Below are positions 34,096 to 43,393 of a stretch of DNA of 64,000 nucleotides, in pieces. Origin of the DNA: an uncultured Clostridia bacterium (GTDB lineage: Bacteria > Bacillota > Clostridia > Christensenellales > Aristaeellaceae). The DNA lies in the NCBI GenBank assembly GCA_934675735.1, contig CAKURR010000013.1, forward strand, positions 11,277-75,276, given 5' to 3'. Position numbers and translations under genes: made by a program. Position 1 is the stretch's first letter; the number at the start of each line of letters is the position of its first letter. A model generated the notes under the pieces. That model made no database searches and had not been told where the DNA came from. It saw only the letters and a list, made by a program, of their open reading frames with translations.

Positions 34096-35370
34096 TCATT
34101 CTCCCTCTCCGAAACACGGGATGATTTCCGACGCGCTGGGCACGACGAGGATTTTGGCGTCCCTGCCGTATCGCGCAAGCATCGCGTCAATCGCCTCTTC
34201 CACCGTGTCAAACGCATCCATAAACATGGCGCGCGCCTGCTCCCGGCTAATCGCGCTGCCCGCCAGCACGACGTGGAACGCCTTGGCCGCTTTGGCAATC
34301 ATATAGGCCTTCCCGTTGCCGTTGGGCTTGTGCCCCTCCCGCAGGAAGGCTTCCATCACCTCGTCGGGCGAAGCGGCCTTTTCCAGCAGGATGCCGGGCT
34401 TGCCCGCCCCGTCCGGACAGGCGGCGCAGAGAATCACGCCGCCGTTCTCGCGACAGAGCATTTCCGCGCAGGCCAGCGACTTTTGGGACTGATGCAAATC
34501 GATATCCCGCGGGAAGCCGCCCGGGCTGACGATGACGATATCGGGCTTTTCGGGCACGTGCACCGTCCAGATTCGGCGGCTGAGTTCCGCGCCCGCGTAG
34601 AACGCCTCCTCCAAATCGCCCGAAACGCAGCGGACGATTTCGCGCTCGGTGTTTTCCACCGCGTTGACGATGAAATCCACGCCCGCGATGCGCGCCGCGC
34701 GCAAGGCCTCCTCGTGGAAGCGGTTGCCCGCCAGCACGCCCATCGACGCCTTTTCGGGGCGAATCGGGAAGAAATGGTGTTTTTGGATGGTCTCCAGCCC
34801 CGCAATGCCGGGCACGACGCTCTTCCGCCCGCCGGAGAAGCCCGCGAACTGGTGCGGCGCGATGCAGCCCGTCAAAATCTTCAAATCGGCCTGTGCAAAC
34901 GCGCGGTTGACGACGACGCGCACGCCGCCCTCGGTCGTGCCCAAATCCGCCAGCTGCGCCTCATCGCGGCAGTCGTGGTGAACGATGCGGAAGCGGGCCG
35001 TCACCTCTTCGCCGAAGGCCGCTGTCAGCTCCTCCGTCGTGTTTTTGCGATGCTGGCCATAGGCCACAATCAGCGAAATCTGCTCGTCGCGCATGCCCGC
35101 CAGATGCAGCTTTTTCGCGATTTCGAGCACCATTTCGCCGCCCGGGTAGGGGCGCGTGATGTCGTTGACGACAATCGCCGCGTTTTTTCTGCCGCGCGCC
35201 AAAACTTCCAGCTTTTCCGAGCCGATGGGTGCATCCAGACTGCGCGCGATTTCCGCGCGCACGTCGGCCGCGCCGGGCGTATAAGCAGGCACGGCGACGC
35301 CCATCAGATTCGGAACCCGCACATCGAACGCGTTATGGCCGATTTTCAGCCGAACCGTGTCCTGCGTCAT
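34096..35370 (-). CDS. LarA-family nickel-pincer-cofactor 2-hydroxyacid racemase/epimerase homologue
   Basis: 424 aa. Compared with L. plantarum LarA: SLDAPIGSEKLEVLARGRKNAAIVVNDITRPYP versus SLDNPIGSDKLEELARGKHNIVIISSDHTRPVP; VAYGQHRKNTTEEL (His108 equivalent); CIAPHQFAGFSGGRKSVVPGIAG (His174 and Lys184 equivalents); QKHH (His200 equivalent). Confidence 0.85.
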   Translation of the reverse strand: MTQDTVRLKIGHNAFDVRVPNLMGVAVPAYTPGAADVRAEIARSLDAPIGSEKLEVLARGRKNAAIVVNDITRPYPGGEMVLEIAKKLHLAGMRDEQISLIVAYGQHRKNTTEELTAAFGEEVTARFRIVHHDCRDEAQLADLGTTEGGVRVVVNRAFAQADLKILTGCIAPHQFAGFSGGRKSVVPGIAGLETIQKHHFFPIRPEKASMGVLAGNRFHEEALRAARIAGVDFIVNAVENTEREIVRCVSGDLEEAFYAGAELSRRIWTVHVPEKPDIVIVSPGGFPRDIDLHQSQKSLACAEMLCRENGGVILCAACPDGAGKPGILLEKAASPDEVMEAFLREGHKPNGNGKAYMIAKAAKAFHVVLAGSAISREQARAMFMDAFDTVEEAIDAMLARYGRDAKILVVPSASEIIPCFGEGE

Positions 35371-35383
35371 ACGCTTCCCTCCG

Positions 35384-36562
35384 TTAAATGACCGGGCCGA
35401 GGCAGTAAATATCCATCGTGGAGAAATACGTCAGCGACTCGTTCTTGGTCATGCGGCCGCTGAGCACGTCGAGCATCATCTCAAACGCCTCTTCGCCGAC
35501 CTGATCGATGTGCTTTTCGCCCGTGATGATGCGGCCCGCGTTGATATCCATATCGTGCTGCATGCGCTCGTAGGTGTTCGGGTTGCCGCAGATTTTGATG
35601 ACCGGCATGCTCGGGAAGCCCTGGGGCGCGCCGCGGCCGGTGGAGAACATCATCAGCTGCGCGCCGGTGGCGGCCATGCCGGTGAGGATTTCGGGCTCGC
35701 GGCCCGGCGTATCCTTAATCCACAGGCCCTTCTGCGTGGTGATGAAGTCCGGATATTCCAGCACGCCCTGAATCGGACGATGGCCGGATTTGACAATCGC
35801 GCCGAGGCTCTTTTCCTCGATGGAGGACAGGCCGCCCGCGATGTTGCCCGGGGTCGGCTGGCCGCCGCGCATATCCTCGCCGATGGCCTTCGCGCGGTTT
35901 TCCATGCGGTTGACGATTTCATAAATCTTCTGTCCCACAGGGCCGTCGCATCCGCCGACCGCGCGGTTGGCCAGAATATGCTCGCCGCCGAGGAACTCGG
36001 TCGTCTCGCCGAACACAACGGTCGCGCCGAGGTCAACCAGCTTGTCGGCCACATAGCCGATGACGCAGTTGGAGGCCATGCCCGACGTCGTGTCGGACGC
36101 GCCGCACTTGATGGACATGATGACTTCGGAAACATCCGCTTCCTCGCGCTGCGCGCCGGAGGCCTGCAAAACGAGCGCCTGCGCCGCGTCGATGCCCGCC
36201 TGAATGGCGCGCGCCATGCCGCCCAGCTCCTGAATGCGGATGACGGAAACGGGCTTGCCCGTCGCGGCGATTTCTTCCTGCATGCGCTGCACGTCCGTGC
36301 CCTCGCAGCCGAGGCTGACAATCAGCACGCCCGCCACATTCGGGCCTTTGCCCAGGCTGATGAGCGTATCCGTCACGCGCTTGAGGTCGATGGGCAGCTG
36401 GCAGCAGCCCTGATGATGGAAGTAGCCGACCGTGCCCTGCACCTGACGGACGATGGCCTGCGCGACGTCCGTCGCACAGATGACGCTCGGGATGACCGCA
36501 ACCAGGTTGCGGGAGCCGATGGTGCCGTTTGCGCGGCGATAACCGTAAAATGTACGTCTCAT
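35384..36562 (-). CDS. UxaA/GarD/SuyB-type dehydratase (lyase), large subunit
   Basis: 392 aa. Motifs GYRRANGTIGSRNLVAVIPSV, HHQGCCQ, SLGCEG and KCGASDTTSG are typical of the altronate/galactarate dehydratase C-terminal family. AAAGGAGG lies before the ATG. Confidence 0.8.
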   Translation of the reverse strand: MRRTFYGYRRANGTIGSRNLVAVIPSVICATDVAQAIVRQVQGTVGYFHHQGCCQLPIDLKRVTDTLISLGKGPNVAGVLIVSLGCEGTDVQRMQEEIAATGKPVSVIRIQELGGMARAIQAGIDAAQALVLQASGAQREEADVSEVIMSIKCGASDTTSGMASNCVIGYVADKLVDLGATVVFGETTEFLGGEHILANRAVGGCDGPVGQKIYEIVNRMENRAKAIGEDMRGGQPTPGNIAGGLSSIEEKSLGAIVKSGHRPIQGVLEYPDFITTQKGLWIKDTPGREPEILTGMAATGAQLMMFSTGRGAPQGFPSMPVIKICGNPNTYERMQHDMDINAGRIITGEKHIDQVGEEAFEMMLDVLSGRMTKNESLTYFSTMDIYCLGPVI

Positions 36563-36576
36563 TTCGATTTCCTCCT

Positions 36577-36870
36577 TTACAGGTCGCCGCGCCCGCGCAG
36601 GGCTTCCAGATTATGCACGTGCACATACTCGCCCTCGGCGATATCTTTCGTCGCCGCGCCGATGACCTCGCCGTATTTGACGATATGCTCGCCCTTGGCA
36701 ATGGGCTGAGCCGCAATCTTATGGCCGTAGGGCACGTTGCCGATGACCTTGATATCGCGGCAGTTGCCTTTTTTGTCGCGCAGTTCCACAACGTCTCCGT
36801 CCTTCACGTCGTTGACGAACAGGGTGGCCACGTTGTCCTTTTCATCCACGATAAGCGCAATTTTCGCCAT
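36577..36870 (-). CDS. UxaA/SuyA-type dehydratase small subunit (SAF domain)
   Basis: 97 aa. DNVATLFVNDVKDGDVV..YGHKIAAQPIAKGEHIVKYGEVIGAATKDIAEGEYVHVHN is a SAF-domain signature. Its stop lies 14 nt before the large-subunit start. Confidence 0.8.
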   Translation of the reverse strand: MAKIALIVDEKDNVATLFVNDVKDGDVVELRDKKGNCRDIKVIGNVPYGHKIAAQPIAKGEHIVKYGEVIGAATKDIAEGEYVHVHNLEALRGRGDL

Positions 36871-36916
36871 ATCCCTTTTCACTTCTTTCTTCATTCTTTT
36901 CCGTTTTGAAGGAAAC

Positions 36917-36994
36917 GGGGCTGTCAAGCCCTTAAACCCGACATTTCAAGAATAAATAAGTCTTTGAAATCTTTGATTTAAGCTTGACAGCCCC
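36917..36994. repeat. 78-nt long-hairpin element E1 (GGGGCTGTCAAGC ... GCTTGACAGCCCC)
   Basis: Near-perfect inverted repeat filling most of the fumC / uxaA-small spacer. A homologous element lies at 50164-50350. Confidence 0.85.
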
Positions 36995-37000
36995 CTTGAT

Positions 37001-38380
37001 TTATTTCTGAATCGGAGAAACCATCTTCTCGGGGCGGACGATTTCGTCGAATTTCTCGCCCGAGAGCAAACCGAGCTTCACGGCCGCCTCTTTGAGCGTC
37101 AGGTTCTCGCGGAACGCTGTCTTGGCGACCTTCGCCGCGTTCTCATAGCCGATATGCGGGTTGAGCGCGGTGACCAGCATCAGCGACTGGTTGAGGTATT
37201 CCCGAATCTTTTCGCGGTTGGGCTTGATGCCGCGGGCGCAGCGCTCTTCAAAGGAGAGCATCACGTCGCCCAGCAGCCGCGCGGATTGCAGGAAGTTGTA
37301 GATGCACACGGGCATGAACACGTTCAGCTCGAAGTTGCCCTGAGAAGCCGCCATGCTCACCGCCACGTCGTTGGCCATTACCTGCACGGCGACCATCGTC
37401 ATCGCCTCGCACTGGGTCGGGTTGACCTTGCCCGGCATGATGGAGCTGCCCGGCTCGTTTTCCGGAATCAGCAGCTCCCCGATACCACAGCGCGGGCCGG
37501 AGGACAGCAGACGCACGTCGTTGGCAATCTTCATCAAATCCGTCGCCAGCGCCTTCATCGCGCCGTGAACGTAGACAAGCTCGTCCTTGCTGGTCAGCGC
37601 GTGGAACTTGTTGGGCGCGGTGATGAACGTCTTGCCCGTCAGCGCGGAAATCTCCGCCGCGACGGTCTCGCCGAACTCGGGCAGGGCGTTCAGGCCCGTG
37701 CCGACGGCCGTGCCGCCCAGCGCAAGCTCGCGCACCTCGTCGAGGGACCGGCGAATCATCTTCGCGTCCTTTTCCAGCGAAGCGGCCCAGCCGCTGATTT
37801 CCTGCCCCAGCGTCAGGGGTGTGGCGTCCTGCAAGTGGGTGCGGCCCACTTTGATGACGTCGGCATACTCCTCGCTGAGCTTCACAAACGTCTTTTCCAG
37901 CACGTCGATGGCGGGCAGAACGTGGTCCTCCACCGCAATCAGCGCGGCGATGTGCATCGCCGTGGGGAACGTGTCGTTGGAGCTCTGCGACTTATTCACA
38001 TGGTCGTTGGGGTGAACCAGCTTTTCGCCCAGAATCTCGTTGGCGCGCGCGGCCACCACCTCGTTGACGTTCATGTTGCTCTGCGTGCCGCTGCCCGTCT
38101 GCCAAACCACCAGCGGGAACTCTTCATCCAGCTTGCCTGCGAGAATCTCGTCGCACGCGGCGGCAATCGCGTCCGTGCGCTTCTTGTCGAGATTGCCGAG
38201 CTTGCAGTTGGCCAGCGCGGACGCTTTCTTGAGAATGGCGAACGCGCGAATTACCTCGTGCGGGATGGTCTCCGTGCCGATGGGGAAATTTTCGTGGCTG
38301 CGCTGGGTCTGCGCGCCCCAGTAGTGATTGGCGGGCACACGAACCTCGCCCATCGTGTCGTGTTCAATGCGATATTCCAT
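37001..38380 (-). CDS. fumC: class II fumarate hydratase
   Basis: [28 protein letters not shown] and the signature [29 protein letters not shown] lies before the ATG. Confidence 0.9.
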   Translation of the reverse strand: MEYRIEHDTMGEVRVPANHYWGAQTQRSHENFPIGTETIPHEVIRAFAILKKASALANCKLGNLDKKRTDAIAAACDEILAGKLDEEFPLVVWQTGSGTQSNMNVNEVVAARANEILGEKLVHPNDHVNKSQSSNDTFPTAMHIAALIAVEDHVLPAIDVLEKTFVKLSEEYADVIKVGRTHLQDATPLTLGQEISGWAASLEKDAKMIRRSLDEVRELALGGTAVGTGLNALPEFGETVAAEISALTGKTFITAPNKFHALTSKDELVYVHGAMKALATDLMKIANDVRLLSSGPRCGIGELLIPENEPGSSIMPGKVNPTQCEAMTMVAVQVMANDVAVSMAASQGNFELNVFMPVCIYNFLQSARLLGDVMLSFEERCARGIKPNREKIREYLNQSLMLVTALNPHIGYENAAKVAKTAFRENLTLKEAAVKLGLLSGEKFDEIVRPEKMVSPIQK

Positions 38381-38398
38381 GGTGCTTCCTCCTGCCTG

Positions 38399-39772
38399 TC
38401 AGGCCTTGGCCTTTGCCTCGTTGTCGCTCCTGATATGAGCGACGACCTGATCGCAGATTTCGCCGCACAGGCCGGTATATCCTTCCGGCGCGAGAATCTT
38501 CTGCACCTGTTCGCGGGTCATGTGGGCGGCGACGGTTTCGTTCTTCATGAGCATATCGCAGAAATCCGCCTTCTGCTCGAAGGTATCCATGCAGATCTGG
38601 TAGACGATGCCGTGCGCGGTCTGCTTGCCGACATACTTGCCCAGCTCGAGCATGATGCCCTCGCTCTGCATGAGGCCCTTGAGGATATCCAAATCGGCGC
38701 GCATCTTGGCCGCGTCCACCTGCAGGTGAGCGGTGACGACCTTGACGTTGTTGGCAGAGGAGCCCGCGAGAATGACGACTTCCGGCGCGGCCTTCCACTC
38801 AATCTTCCACAGCGCGCCGTCGCGCTCGTTTTCGCACATCATGGATTCCATGTTCGCATCCATCGACGCCTTGGTCAGCTTGGCCAGCATCTGCAGGGAC
38901 TCGAGCTTGTTCGGGTTGCGCTTATGCGGCATCGTGGAGGAGCCGACGGAGCCGGGCACGAAGCCCTCGAACGCCTCGCTCAGCTCGGTCTTTTGCAGGT
39001 TGGCCAGCTCGTTGCCGATTTTGCCGTTGGTGTAGGCCATCATCGCCAGCGTCATGCAGATTTCGGAGAGGCGGTCGCGGGAGACATGCCACGCCACGTC
39101 CGGCACATCCAGACCGAGACGCTTGATGGTGCGGGAGCAGACCTCCAAGCCCTGCGGGCCGAAGCCGGCCATCGAGCCGACCGCTCCGGCCATCTCGCCC
39201 ACGAAGCAGCGCTTCCGGCACTCTTCCATGCGCTCGATGTTGCGGTGCACCTCGCTCGCCCACACGGCCACCTTGTAGCCGAAGGTAATCGGCAGGGCCT
39301 GCTGGGTGTGGGAGCGGCCCGGCATGATGGTGTCGCGGTATTTTTCGACCAGCACAATCAGGTTCTGCTCGGTCTCGCGCATGTCGGCCAGAATGACCTC
39401 ATAGCCGCGCTTGATGGAGAGCATGAACGCCGTGTCGATGATATCCTGCGTGGTCGCGCCCATGTGGACGTACTCGCCGAGGTTGTTGTCGCACACGCGT
39501 TGGAACTCTTTGAGAATCGGCACGAGGGAGTGGCCCACGCGCTTGATTTCGGACTCGATGCGCGGGATATCCAGGTTCTCGGCCTTCGCCTTCCTGACGA
39601 TTTCGTCGGCGGCCTCCTGCGGAATCAGGCCCATCTCCGCCTGAGTCTCGGCCAGCGCGGCTTCGATATCCAGAATGTTCTGAATCATCGCCACGTCGTC
39701 AAAGATTTCGCGCATCTTCGGGGTGCTGTAGCTGTTGCGGTAGAGCATGGAATCGAGCATGTTGCATGCCAT
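38399..39772 (-). CDS. adenylosuccinate-lyase / 3-carboxymuconate-cycloisomerase-family lyase (fumarase-aspartase superfamily)
   Basis: 457 aa. Motifs HMGATTQDIIDT, PGRSHTQQALPITFG and the catalytic loop GSSTMPHKRNP. GGGAGG lies 9 nt before the ATG. Substrate not assignable. Confidence 0.8.
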   Translation of the reverse strand: MACNMLDSMLYRNSYSTPKMREIFDDVAMIQNILDIEAALAETQAEMGLIPQEAADEIVRKAKAENLDIPRIESEIKRVGHSLVPILKEFQRVCDNNLGEYVHMGATTQDIIDTAFMLSIKRGYEVILADMRETEQNLIVLVEKYRDTIMPGRSHTQQALPITFGYKVAVWASEVHRNIERMEECRKRCFVGEMAGAVGSMAGFGPQGLEVCSRTIKRLGLDVPDVAWHVSRDRLSEICMTLAMMAYTNGKIGNELANLQKTELSEAFEGFVPGSVGSSTMPHKRNPNKLESLQMLAKLTKASMDANMESMMCENERDGALWKIEWKAAPEVVILAGSSANNVKVVTAHLQVDAAKMRADLDILKGLMQSEGIMLELGKYVGKQTAHGIVYQICMDTFEQKADFCDMLMKNETVAAHMTREQVQKILAPEGYTGLCGEICDQVVAHIRSDNEAKAKA

Positions 39773-39774
39773 AA

Positions 39775-41175
39775 TTATGACCTCCCTAACATTGTTCTGA
39801 GCGAATCCGTCAAATCGCGGATTCGGGTATCATCCTTCGCGCCGAGCACGCGTTCCATCACGGCTGCGGCTTCGTCGGCCGAAAGCGTCATTTCGGCCAG
39901 CGACATAAACTTGTTTTCAATCACGCTGTGCGGCGGCCTGCCCTCGGGCAGGTTGACCGTCTTTTCCAGCGTGCGCCCGTCCTTGAGGGTGACGGTCACC
40001 TTCTCCGGCCTGCTCGCCGGATAGACCGCCGTAAACGCGGGTTCCTCGCGCACCGTGACGCGCGCGCCGAGCGCCGCGGCCGCCTCGCTGTTCAGGCTCT
40101 CGGGCGTAAACTCGCTGAGCGTCACGCGCCCGTTGAGCAGCATCATCGCGATGCAGTACGGCAGAGAGAACTTGGCCTTGAGGTTGGTGCTCACGTTGTA
40201 AGCCGAGCACAGCTCGCGCGCCGTCTTGTAAACGGCGACGTCGATGCGCTCCACATCCGCCGCGCCGAACGCGTTTTCGCGCATCAGCTGCTGAAGGGCA
40301 TCGAGCGCGCAGTGCGTGTGCCCGCAGGAGGCGTGAATCTTATAATACGCGTCCTCCATCATCAGCGGGTCGCCCGCCTTGGGCACCATGAAGCTCAGGT
40401 CGTCCTTGCTGCGCGCGGCGTGAGCAAAGCCCCGCTCGGCGGCAAAGCCGTCCTCCGGCGCGGTGAACTGCCAGTTTCCGGCCAGCTCCGCCGCCGCCGC
40501 GCCGTTTCGGGCCGCGTTGCCGACCGTCACGAGCTTGGCTTCCGTGCCGAACACGTGCACCAGGCCCGAAGCCGTCGTCGCCGCAATGCCCATCGCGGTT
40601 TCCGTCTGCTCCGGCGAAAGCCCCATGATTTTGGCGCAGGCCGCCGCCGCGGCAAACGTGCCGCATGTGCCCGTCGTGTGCCAATACACATAGTGGTCGG
40701 GGTTGGCCGCGCCGCCCATGCGGATCATGGCTTCATAGCCCGCCGCAACGCCCAGCGCGTATTGGCCGAAGCTCGCATCCAGCGCCTCCGCCTCGGCCAG
40801 CGCCGCCGAAACGACCGGCGCGCCGGGGTGGGTAATGGCGATTTTATTGGTGTCGTCATACTCGAGCGCGTGGCTGAGCATGCCGTTGCAGAAAGCCGCC
40901 GTGCCGACGGAGGTCTTTTCCGCCAGACCGAACGCGGTCGCCTGCGGATTGCCGCCGCAGGCGCGCGCATAGCCCTTGATTCGCTTCGCGACGTCGCCGT
41001 TCTGCGCCGCGATGACACAGCCGAGCCAATCCAGCGTCTTATAGCGAAGGTCGATTCGGTTCGCTTCGCCGAGCTGCTCGCTCGAAAGCGCGCAGAGAAA
41101 TTCGCAAAGCTGTCGGGTCAGATTCAAAAGCGCATCCCCCATTTCATCGTTTTTGGGCCGACGGGGCGAAATCAA
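39775..41175 (-). CDS. MmgE/PrpD-family protein
   Basis: About 455-466 aa with PrpD-type strings (LDWLGCVIAA, LEYDDT, HPGAPVVSAAL, GTCGTFAAAAA). The start is uncertain: TTG 41175 overlaps the tctA stop as TTGA, or ATG 41142. Confidence 0.8.
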   Translation of the reverse strand: MISPRRPKNDEMGDALLNLTRQLCEFLCALSSEQLGEANRIDLRYKTLDWLGCVIAAQNGDVAKRIKGYARACGGNPQATAFGLAEKTSVGTAAFCNGMLSHALEYDDTNKIAITHPGAPVVSAALAEAEALDASFGQYALGVAAGYEAMIRMGGAANPDHYVYWHTTGTCGTFAAAAACAKIMGLSPEQTETAMGIAATTASGLVHVFGTEAKLVTVGNAARNGAAAAELAGNWQFTAPEDGFAAERGFAHAARSKDDLSFMVPKAGDPLMMEDAYYKIHASCGHTHCALDALQQLMRENAFGAADVERIDVAVYKTARELCSAYNVSTNLKAKFSLPYCIAMMLLNGRVTLSEFTPESLNSEAAAALGARVTVREEPAFTAVYPASRPEKVTVTLKDGRTLEKTVNLPEGRPPHSVIENKFMSLAEMTLSADEAAAVMERVLGAKDDTRIRDLTDSLRTMLGRS

Positions 41176-42722
41176 TCGTCGTCGTCGATTTCCTCGCCGT
41201 CCGCCTGATCAAACGTGTTCACAATGCCGCGCTTCTGGCGAACCATCTTGATAATGTTGGAGATAATCGGGATGAAGAAGCTGACGAGCGACACGAGCAT
41301 GATGACCGCCGTCACCGGACGCGTCCACAGGAAGTTGTAAGAGCCCTTGGAGATGACCAGCGCCTGACGCAGCTGGCTTTCCGCCATCGAGCCGAGCACG
41401 AGGCAGACAATCAGCGGCGCGGCCGGAATTTCAAACTTATGGAAGAGATAGCCGATAAGGCCGAAGAGGATGACGATGAGCACGTCAAACGGGTTGGAGC
41501 TGAGCGCATAGCAGCCGGTGGCGCACAGCGCGAGCACGATGCCGTTGAGCAGCGCTTCCGGAATGGCCAGAACCTTCTTAATCCAGCGGAGCAGAATCAT
41601 GCCCAGCGGCCACATCAGCAGGTTGACGAGGAAGAACGCGATGAAGATGCCGTAAGCAATATCCGCATGCTCGGTGAAGAGCACCGGGCCGGTGGAAAGG
41701 CCCTGAAGCATCAGCGCGCCGAGGAACAGCGCGGAGGTGGAGTTGCCCGGCACGCCCAGCGCCAGCAGCGGCACCATCGAGCCGCCCGTAACGGCGTTGT
41801 TGGCGCTTTCCGGCGCGGCCACGCCGCGGGGATTGCCCTTGCCGAAGGTGTTGCCGTCCTTGCCGAACTTCTTTTCGGTGTCATACGCCAGAACGGTGGC
41901 GACGTTGGTGCCCGCGCCGGGGATGATGCCGATAATCGTGCCGATCACGCTGCCGCGGATGAACGTCGGCAGGAGCTTGAAGCATTCCTTCCAGCCGATC
42001 CAGACGCCCTTGACGTCCGGCAGCTTTTCGGTGTCATACGCGCTCATGGAGCGGAACTTGTCGGCGCTCTTGAGCACGGCGCAGACGCCGAACAGGCCCA
42101 TCAGCGCCGGAACGAGCTGAATGCCATCCAGCAGGTTGACGTTGCCGAAGGTGAAGCGTTTCGCGCCAGACTGCGGGTCCATGCCGATCATGGCGATGAA
42201 CAGACCGATCATGCCGGAGAGCAGGCCCTTGGAGAGCGACTTGCCGCCGATGCTGGAAATGCAGCACAGGCCGAGCACGGCGACGGCGAAGTATTCCGCC
42301 GGGCCGAATTTGAGGGCGACTTCCGCCAGAAACGTCGTCAGGAACGTGAGCACCACGGCGGAGAACAGGCCGCCGAAAACGCTCGCCATCGTGGAAATGC
42401 CCAGCGCGCGGCCCGCCTGGCCCTTCTTGGCCATGGGGTAGCCGTCAAGCGTCGTGGCAAACGAGGATATCGTGCCCGGTATGCCGAGCAGGATGGCGGA
42501 AATCGAGCCGCCGTAGATGGAGGAGCAGTAAATCGCAACGAGGAACGCGATGGCCGCCGTCGGCTCCATCGAGAAGGTGACGGGAACCATCAGCGCGATG
42601 GCCATATTGCCCGTCAGACCCGGCAGCGCGCCGATAATCAGGCCCGCGACCGTGCCGATAATCATGAACAGGATGGTGTTGAAGTTCATGAGCGCCAGAA
42701 ATCCGGCAACAAAGTTTTCCAT
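41172..42722 (-). CDS. tctA: tripartite tricarboxylate transporter, large permease
   Basis: 516 aa, highly hydrophobic. The N-terminus has GALPGLTGNMAIALMVP, followed by a TctA-type duplicated core. Confidence 0.9.
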   Translation of the reverse strand: MENFVAGFLALMNFNTILFMIIGTVAGLIIGALPGLTGNMAIALMVPVTFSMEPTAAIAFLVAIYCSSIYGGSISAILLGIPGTISSFATTLDGYPMAKKGQAGRALGISTMASVFGGLFSAVVLTFLTTFLAEVALKFGPAEYFAVAVLGLCCISSIGGKSLSKGLLSGMIGLFIAMIGMDPQSGAKRFTFGNVNLLDGIQLVPALMGLFGVCAVLKSADKFRSMSAYDTEKLPDVKGVWIGWKECFKLLPTFIRGSVIGTIIGIIPGAGTNVATVLAYDTEKKFGKDGNTFGKGNPRGVAAPESANNAVTGGSMVPLLALGVPGNSTSALFLGALMLQGLSTGPVLFTEHADIAYGIFIAFFLVNLLMWPLGMILLRWIKKVLAIPEALLNGIVLALCATGCYALSSNPFDVLIVILFGLIGYLFHKFEIPAAPLIVCLVLGSMAESQLRQALVISKGSYNFLWTRPVTAVIMLVSLVSFFIPIISNIIKMVRQKRGIVNTFDQADGEEIDDDD

Positions 42723-42739
42723 TCAGCTTAACCCCCTTT

Positions 42740-43192
42740 TTAGAAGAACATCGCCGTGAAGTGCGTGCCGAGGAACTGGGAGAACGCGACGTACAGCCCA
42801 ATGCTGACCAGCAGCGAGGACGGCACCAGCACCTTCCACTTCTTGTAGCCCAGAATCACGGACGTGCACAAAATCAGCAGGAACGTCGAGATGGTGTAGC
42901 TGAAATATTGGAAACCGAAGTAATACGCGAAGAGCAGCGCGGTGATGAGCGCCACGCGGAGGTAATCCGGCTTGGCCTTGGCCGGCTTATCCTTCGCGCC
43001 GGTCTTTTTATCCTTCATCAGTTCCAGAATCGAGAAAACGACGATCACAACGCCCAGCAGCACGATTGCGCCCGCAATCAGCTTCGGCCAGAACGCGCTT
43101 TTGGCCTTGAGCGAACCGCTCATGTAATAAATCCACGCGCCAAACGCAAGCGAAGCCACGCCGACGCCGAAGTCTTTTTTGTGTTGAAGCAT
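42740..43192 (-). CDS. tctB: tripartite tricarboxylate transporter, small membrane subunit
   Basis: 150 aa with 4 TM segments, 17 nt upstream of tctA. AAGGGAGG lies before ATG 43192. Confidence 0.75.
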   Translation of the reverse strand: MLQHKKDFGVGVASLAFGAWIYYMSGSLKAKSAFWPKLIAGAIVLLGVVIVVFSILELMKDKKTGAKDKPAKAKPDYLRVALITALLFAYYFGFQYFSYTISTFLLILCTSVILGYKKWKVLVPSSLLVSIGLYVAFSQFLGTHFTAMFF

Positions 43193-43267
43193 ATCTGAAC
43201 CGCCTCCCTTGTCCGAGGACAATTTTTTTCAACTTGAATGATGCAAATGGGGCTTCAAAAAGAGTAA

Positions 43268-43303
43268 GCGGGCCGGAGACGGTTTTCACCGTTTCCGGTC
43301 CGC
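43268..43303 (-). terminator. intra-operon hairpin plus T-run between tctC and tctB (attenuating terminator or stabiliser)
   Basis: On the minus strand: GCGGACCGGAAACGG-TGAAAA-CCGTCTCCGGCCCGC followed by TTACTCTTTTT. Confidence 0.5.
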
Positions 43304-43393
43304 CTTCAGGAATCATGTGGAGGATTTCCTAAAATGAAGTTGCTACGGAAGCTGCGTATGGGATAAAAGGGGGGTATCGAAGAAGAAGATGGA

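Noticed and set aside
36917-36994. The TTGACA hexamers inside the arms of the long-hairpin elements E1 and E2 as promoters for the downstream genes.
   Set aside because: No acceptable -10 hexamer lies 16-19 nt downstream of either TTGACA on the minus strand.
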